Position numbers and translations under genes: made by a program. Positions 58,955 through 64,000 of a stretch of DNA of 64,000 nt are shown here, one piece after another (positions within the stretch are counted from its first letter, which is position 1; each line of letters begins with the position of its first letter). Source of the DNA: Myxococcaceae bacterium (GTDB lineage: Bacteria; Myxococcota; Myxococcia; Myxococcales; Myxococcaceae); assembly GCA_033763395.1 (NCBI GenBank), contig JANRKQ010000129.1, positions 12,554 to 76,553 of the forward strand, in the 5' to 3' direction. Under the pieces are notes generated by a model. It was not told where the DNA came from. It worked only from the letters and a program-made list of their open reading frames with translations, and made no database searches.

Positions 58955-60039
58955 GTCCGAAGACGGCCGAGGCGTGGGTGAAGGAGGGCCTCGAGCACCT
59001 CGAGCTTGCTCACGGCGCCGACTCGGCTTCGCAGCTGCAAGACGACTACCGGCGGGCGCTCGAGGCCTTCGAGCAGGCCCTCGTGCTGGCGCCGGGGAAC
59101 GTCGACGTCGCGCGGCACCGGGCGAAGACGCTCCTCGCGCTGGACGAATGGGCCGAGGCCCTCGACGCGCTCGTCGAGCTGCGCGCGCGGGGCGACGGTG
59201 GCGCGTGGCTCCACGAGGCCGTGGCTCGCTGCCATCGCGCCCGGGGCGAGCTGGTCCAGGCGGTGGACGAGGCGACGCTGGCGCTGCAACTCCAGCCGGG
59301 CCACCTCGAGCTCGCGGCCTCTCGCGCGCACGACCTGCTCGCCCTCGCGCGGTTCGCCGAAGCCCGAGAGGCCTTCATTCAGCTGCTCAGCGACAGCGCG
59401 TCGCAGGGCTCGACGCGGCTGGGCGCCCGCATCGGCTACGCCCGGGCGCTCGAGGGGCTCGGCGAAGACGCGAGCGATGCCTGGTTCGCCCTGGTGAGCG
59501 AAGAGGAGAACCAGGTGACGGGCGGCTTCGCGGAGCGTGGCTTCGTCGAGGCGCTGGCCTCGAGCGACTCGCTCCTCTCGGCGCTCGAGGTGTGGCTCGC
59601 GTCCGTCGACGCGTCGGCGACGCGGCTGCGGCGGGTGGGTGACGTACTGCTGCGGGCGCGTCGGTCGACCCGGGCCGTCACCGTGGCCCAGCGGCTCGTC
59701 GCGGTCGCGCCTCGAGACGCGCACGCGTGGCACCTGCTCGGGGAGGCGCTCGCACAGGCCGGCCGCGTCGACGAGAGCCTCGACGCCTTCGAGACGGCCC
59801 TCGACGTCTGGCCCGACTTCCTCGGGGCCGCGGCCCGCCTCGCCGTCGTGCGCAGACAGAGCGGCCGCCCGGTGGAGCGCTGGCGCCTCATGGGCACCGA
59901 CACCTTCGCCCGGGAGGACTTCGTCCTCGGCGTCTTCGACTCGAAGCGGGCCGCGCTCCGGGCGCTCAAGGTGAAGGAGGCGGCGCCGTGGGTGGGCGAC
60001 GAGGCGCTGCGCGACACGTACTGGGTCGAGCCGGCCTGA
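58951..60039 (+). CDS. TPR-repeat protein
   Basis: The ATG at 58951 overlaps the ltaE stop as ATGA. Repeated A..A/L..P helical hairpins (ALEAFEQALVLAPGNVDV, LLGEALAQAGRVDESLDAFETALDVWPD). The upstream part of ORF 58399.. is a frame shadow over ltaE. Confidence 0.65.
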   Translation: MSPKTAEAWVKEGLEHLELAHGADSASQLQDDYRRALEAFEQALVLAPGNVDVARHRAKTLLALDEWAEALDALVELRARGDGGAWLHEAVARCHRARGELVQAVDEATLALQLQPGHLELAASRAHDLLALARFAEAREAFIQLLSDSASQGSTRLGARIGYARALEGLGEDASDAWFALVSEEENQVTGGFAERGFVEALASSDSLLSALEVWLASVDASATRLRRVGDVLLRARRSTRAVTVAQRLVAVAPRDAHAWHLLGEALAQAGRVDESLDAFETALDVWPDFLGAAARLAVVRRQSGRPVERWRLMGTDTFAREDFVLGVFDSKRAALRALKVKEAAPWVGDEALRDTYWVEPA

Positions 60040-60046
60040 GGGCGCC

Positions 60047-63000
60047 TCAGGGGGTGAGCGCCGCCTCGAGCGCGCGGGCGGCGATGCGCACCTCTTCGCT
60101 CTGGGCGGTGCGGGCGCGACGGCTCCCGCGCGCGGCGCGCACGTCGGCCAGCATCGCGCGGGCCTCCTTCGCGCCGGCTTCTTTCCCCAACACGTCGAGG
60201 TGCAGGCGTCGGAGCGCCAGCGCGGTGAGCGACAAGGGGTCCTTCACGGCCTCGAGCCGCACCTGCGCCGCCGACAGCGTCACCCGGGCCTGCGAGAGGT
60301 GCCCGCGCTGGCCCTGCAGCGCGCCCAGGTAGGTGAGGAAGAGGCCTTCGTGACGCAGGTCGCCCACCTCGGCGAGGTGCGTGATGGCCTCTTCCAGCGG
60401 GCCGCGCGCGGCGTCGAGCTCTCCCTTGGCGAGCAGCACCCCGGCGTGTTTCCCGGTGAAGTAGCCCTCGAGCCGCACGTCGCGAACTGCGTGCGCCCGG
60501 CCGATGGCCTCGTGGAAGAAGGCCTGCGCGAGGTCGAGCTTCTCCTGCTCCTGGTAGACGGTGCCAAGGCTGCCCAGCAGGCGCGCCTCGTTGGTGGGGT
60601 CGCCCCGCTTCCGCGCGAGCGGCAGGCCTTCGTCGCAGCAGATGGCCGCCTCGTCGAGGTCGCCCATCGCCACCTGTACGATGGCGAGCGACGACAGCAC
60701 CTGTACCACCAGCGCCTCGTCCCTCGACGTCCGCGCCGCGGTGAGGGCGCTCACCAGCCAGTCGCGCGCCGACTCGACGTCGCCCGAGACGAAGCGCGCG
60801 ACGGCGAGATCCCTTCGAATGCGGCCCTCGAGGGCGGGCGTCTGCGCCGACTCGACGATGGACATCGCGCGCGACAGCTCCTCGACGGCCTGCGCGGGGC
60901 GCCCCAGCGTGCGCAGCAGGTTGCCGCGTTGCTGCAGCGCCCGGGCGACGGTGGCGGGCTTCACGCCCACGGCGCGGGCCTGGTTCAGCGCGTCGTCCAG
61001 CAGGGCGAGGTGGGCGGTGAAGGGGCCCTTGCGCAGGAAGACGGGCTCGAGCGCCTCGAGGGCCCCCAGCGCGTTCGTCGACGACACGATGGAGGCGGGC
61101 ATCGACGCCAGCGCGCGGTCGAACACCTCGGTGAGGTTCTCGCGCTCGACCTCGAGGTGCGTCAGCGCGTCGAGTGACGTGCCGTTCGCCACCTCGCCGG
61201 CCCAGCCGCGGCCCACGTGCAGGTAGTAGCCCGCGTGTCGGCGCCGCGCGGGCCCGGCCTCGCCCGACGCCTCGAGCTGCTCGGCCGCGAACTCGTGAAT
61301 CGACTCGAGCATGCCCAGCCGCAGCTCCCGCGGGAGCGCCGGCAGCACCGACGAGCGCACCAGCGACTTGCGGTGCAGCGCGCGCACGAGGTCGACGTTC
61401 GACCTGGCGCCCGACAGCCCGGACACGTCGATGACGGCGGTCGCGGCCTCGAGGGTGAAGCCGCCGCGGAAGACCGAGAGCTGCGCCAGCGCGCGCTGCT
61501 CCGCTGGCTTGAGGAGCTGCCACGACCAGTCGATGGCGCTCCACAGCGTGGCGTGGCGGTGCGACGGGCCGGGGCCGCGGCCACCGAGCAGCTCGAAGCG
61601 CTCGCGCAGGCGGTCGCGCACCTCACGCACGGTGAATTCGCGCAGGCGCGAGGCGGCGAGCTCGAGCGCGAGCGGGTGGCCCTCGAGGCGCTCGCAGATG
61701 ACCTCGACGTCTTCGAGCTCGGCCTTCGTCAGCGCCTTGTCGCGCACCTGCTCGGCGCGCGCGCGGAAGAGCTGCACCGCCGGCGCCTGGGCCCCGCCGA
61801 CGGGGAGCGGCTCGAGCGGCTGTACCACCTCACCCTCGACGGACAGCGCCTCGCGGCTGGTGACGAGCACGCGCAGCTCGCTCGCCAGCGACAGCCAGGT
61901 GCCCACCGTCTGGTCCGCGTGGGGGACGAGCTGCTCGAAGTTGTCGAGCACCACCAGCGCGCGCCCCAGCGCCTTGAGCTGCCGCGCGGTGTGGGTGATG
62001 GCCGCGTCGCGCGAGGCGTTCACCGGCGCCTGGAACCCCACGGCGTCGGCGACGGCCTTCACGAGCTGGTCGATGGAGCGCACCTCGGACAGGTCGACGA
62101 ACCACACGCCGCCAGCGGCTTCGAAGGCCGGCAGCTGCGACGCAGCCCACGCCGAGGCGAGCCGCGTCTTCCCCATGCCGCCGAAGCCGACCAGGGTGAC
62201 GAGCCGAGCGCCTTCGTCGAACGAGGCCGAGAGGGCGCGCAGCTCGGCCTCCCGGCCCACCAGCGGCGTGCCGGCTGGGACGAGGTTGGTGCTCCGGCGC
62301 TTGTCGCCCTGGAGGAACTGCTCGACCGCGCCGAGGAAGTCCGACGCGCCGTCGAGCGGCGCGCTCTTCTTCGCCGCGCCCTTCACCTTGCGGGTGCGGG
62401 TCTTCTCGTCCTTGAGGGGCGCCGTCACCACCGTGGGCGCCGAGGGGTCGAAGAGCGTCGCCATCCACCTTGTGAGCCGCGTGGGCGATGAGGGCGTCTT
62501 CAGCTCGACGAGGTAGTCCTCGAGCGCGGTGGCGAAGGCCTCACAGTCGGGGAACCGTTTGTTCCGGTCGAGCGCCACGGCCTTCAGCACGAGGGCGTCG
62601 AGCTCCTTCGGCAGGCCCTTGCGCTTCGACGACGGCGCCGGCACGCGCCCCTCGATGATGGCGCGCAGCACCTCGGCGTCCGAAGCGCGGGCGAAGAGCC
62701 GCTCGAGCACCAGGAATTCCCACAGCACCACGCCCAGCGAATAGAGGTCAGAGCGGCCGTCGAGCTCGAGGCCGTCGAGCTGCTCTGGCGACACGTAGCC
62801 GAGCTTTCCCTTCACCACGCCGACCTCGGTCTTCGAGCTGCGGAAAGCCGAGCGCGCCACGCCGAAGTCGAGCACCTTGGTGAGGCCGTGGTGGGTGACG
62901 AAGAGGTTCTGCGGCGAGATGTCGCGGTGGACGATCTGCAGCGGCCGGCCCGAGAGGTCGGTCTTCACGTGCGCCGCGTGCAGGCCCCGGGCGGCGTCGG

Positions 63001-63361
63001 CCACCACCTGCAGCGCCACCGCCACCGGCACCTCGGCGGTGCGGGCATGCGACTGGCGGATGAGGGCCGCGACGTCGTGGCCCTCGAGGTACTCCATGGC
63101 GATGAAGTAGGTGCCGCTGCTCTCGCCAGCGTCGAAGACGTTGACGAGGTTCGGGTGACGCAGGTCTGCCGCCACGCGCGCCTCGTCGATGAACATGCGC
63201 ACGAAGTCGGCGTTGTCGGCATAGCCGGGCAGAATGCGCTTGAGGCAGACGAGCTTCTCGAAGCCCTTGAGGCCCTGTTGCCGCGCCAGGAAGACCTCGG
63301 CCATGCCGCCCGAGGCCAGCTTCTTCAGCAGGTGGTAGCGCCCCGCGACGAGGTCGGTCAT
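60047..63361 (-). CDS. Ser/Thr protein kinase fused to P-loop NTPase (NB-ARC/STAND-like) and TPR array
   Basis: 1104 aa. Kinase motifs GGMAEVFLA, VCLKRI, HRDISPQNLF, DFGVARS, SPEQ. Walker A GFGGMGKTRLA, Walker B-like LVVLDNFEQL. The C-terminal ~450 aa are TPR-like. Confidence 0.85.
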   Translation of the reverse strand: MTDLVAGRYHLLKKLASGGMAEVFLARQQGLKGFEKLVCLKRILPGYADNADFVRMFIDEARVAADLRHPNLVNVFDAGESSGTYFIAMEYLEGHDVAALIRQSHARTAEVPVAVALQVVADAARGLHAAHVKTDLSGRPLQIVHRDISPQNLFVTHHGLTKVLDFGVARSAFRSSKTEVGVVKGKLGYVSPEQLDGLELDGRSDLYSLGVVLWEFLVLERLFARASDAEVLRAIIEGRVPAPSSKRKGLPKELDALVLKAVALDRNKRFPDCEAFATALEDYLVELKTPSSPTRLTRWMATLFDPSAPTVVTAPLKDEKTRTRKVKGAAKKSAPLDGASDFLGAVEQFLQGDKRRSTNLVPAGTPLVGREAELRALSASFDEGARLVTLVGFGGMGKTRLASAWAASQLPAFEAAGGVWFVDLSEVRSIDQLVKAVADAVGFQAPVNASRDAAITHTARQLKALGRALVVLDNFEQLVPHADQTVGTWLSLASELRVLVTSREALSVEGEVVQPLEPLPVGGAQAPAVQLFRARAEQVRDKALTKAELEDVEVICERLEGHPLALELAASRLREFTVREVRDRLRERFELLGGRGPGPSHRHATLWSAIDWSWQLLKPAEQRALAQLSVFRGGFTLEAATAVIDVSGLSGARSNVDLVRALHRKSLVRSSVLPALPRELRLGMLESIHEFAAEQLEASGEAGPARRRHAGYYLHVGRGWAGEVANGTSLDALTHLEVERENLTEVFDRALASMPASIVSSTNALGALEALEPVFLRKGPFTAHLALLDDALNQARAVGVKPATVARALQQRGNLLRTLGRPAQAVEELSRAMSIVESAQTPALEGRIRRDLAVARFVSGDVESARDWLVSALTAARTSRDEALVVQVLSSLAIVQVAMGDLDEAAICCDEGLPLARKRGDPTNEARLLGSLGTVYQEQEKLDLAQAFFHEAIGRAHAVRDVRLEGYFTGKHAGVLLAKGELDAARGPLEEAITHLAEVGDLRHEGLFLTYLGALQGQRGHLSQARVTLSAAQVRLEAVKDPLSLTALALRRLHLDVLGKEAGAKEARAMLADVRAARGSRRARTAQSEEVRIAARALEAALTP

Positions 63362-63473
63362 CGGCTCGACGTCGATGTACCACGCGGCGCTTCGGGTGCT
63401 GCCCGTGAAATCCCCAGGTCGTCAGCGGGAGCGGCCCGGCTGGCGTCGCTGGCCCCCACGACTGGCGTGCCGT

Positions 63474-64000
63474 TCAGGGCCTCCGGCCGGTGACGCCGAG
63501 GCGCTTCATCATCACCCGCACCGTGCCGCCGGGGTCCTTCGCCGCGCCGCGCCCCACCGCGCCGAGGAGCCGTGCCGCTTCGGCTGCGGAGCCCCCGGCC
63601 CGGGTGAGCGCAAGCTCGAGCGCCACCCGCTCGAGCTGCTCGAGCTCGGCCTTGAGGTTCATCGTGCCCGAGGCGAGGCGGGCCTCGAGGGCGCGTCGGT
63701 TCACCACGTCATCGGCAGCCGCCTCGTCACGCCGGCGCTCGAAGCGGGCGAGCGGGAGGTCGGCGGGCAGCAGGGCGCCGCCGCGGCGCTTGTGGACGAG
63801 CGCGGAGAAGATGACGTTGCGCAGCTCGCGTACGTTCCCCGGCCACGGGTAACTGCGCAAGAGCTCGAGCGCCTCGTCGGTGACGTCCTTCACCACGCCG
63901 CGACGCGAGGCGCCGGGGTCCTCGCGGTAGTACCGCTCGATGAGCTGCCGTGTCAGCGCCGGCAGGTCGTCGAGGCGCTCGCGCAGCGGAGGCAGCTCGA
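63474..64000 (-). CDS. Sigma-54-dependent transcriptional activator (NtrC/Fis family), 3' part only
   Basis: The frame continues past the GTG at 63896 to the window edge (ELPPLRERLDDLPALTRQLIERYY...). YPWPGNVRELRNVI marks the end of the AAA+ domain, and the C-terminal Fis-type HTH is AAEAARLLGV. Confidence 0.85.
   Translation of the reverse strand, partial: ELPPLRERLDDLPALTRQLIERYYREDPGASRRGVVKDVTDEALELLRSYPWPGNVRELRNVIFSALVHKRRGGALLPADLPLARFERRRDEAAADDVVNRRALEARLASGTMNLKAELEQLERVALELALTRAGGSAAEAARLLGAVGRGAAKDPGGTVRVMMKRLGVTGRRP

Overview
High-GC (about 70% in the lines I counted) chromosomal segment. The gene content points to Myxococcota: a MYXO-CTERM-type sorting tail, two DUF2378/TIGR02265-like paralogs, a STAND-type Ser/Thr kinase, a TonB-dependent receptor with an N-terminal TonB_C domain, and very many lipoproteins. 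I support about 48 protein-coding genes. I saw no rRNA, tRNA, CRISPR array, transposase or integrase. Housekeeping anchors are gyrB, a P-type ATPase, an RpoH-like sigma factor, HPF, an Hsp70 fragment, ltaE and an M16 peptidase. Most of the rest is envelope or secretome: lipoproteins, Zn-proteases, a TonB-dependent receptor operon, and a TetR-controlled LolCDE/MacB-like operon with its own LolA-like and beta-barrel genes. Many long ORFs in the supplied track are GC-driven antisense shadows and were rejected. The best candidate for an undescribed system is a duplicated, translationally coupled gene pair, present as 16575-19843 (+) and 29875-33602 (-). Each copy encodes a two-TM anchor protein with a periplasmic alpha/beta domain, followed by a giant uncharacterised lipoprotein. 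One copy carries seven Cys-rich repeats. One copy sits next to a site-2 protease and the other heads a long envelope operon with the TonB_C-fused receptor. Other notable items: a frame-inconsistent tandem array that duplicates the RBS+ATG region of a small membrane-protein gene (23417-23800); a 17-mer operator pair in the TetR/Lol-like operon; two lower-GC patches (25175-26062 and 41027-41500); and a lipoprotein protease followed by an Imm1-like gene. All family names come from motif recognition by eye, and no database search was run.
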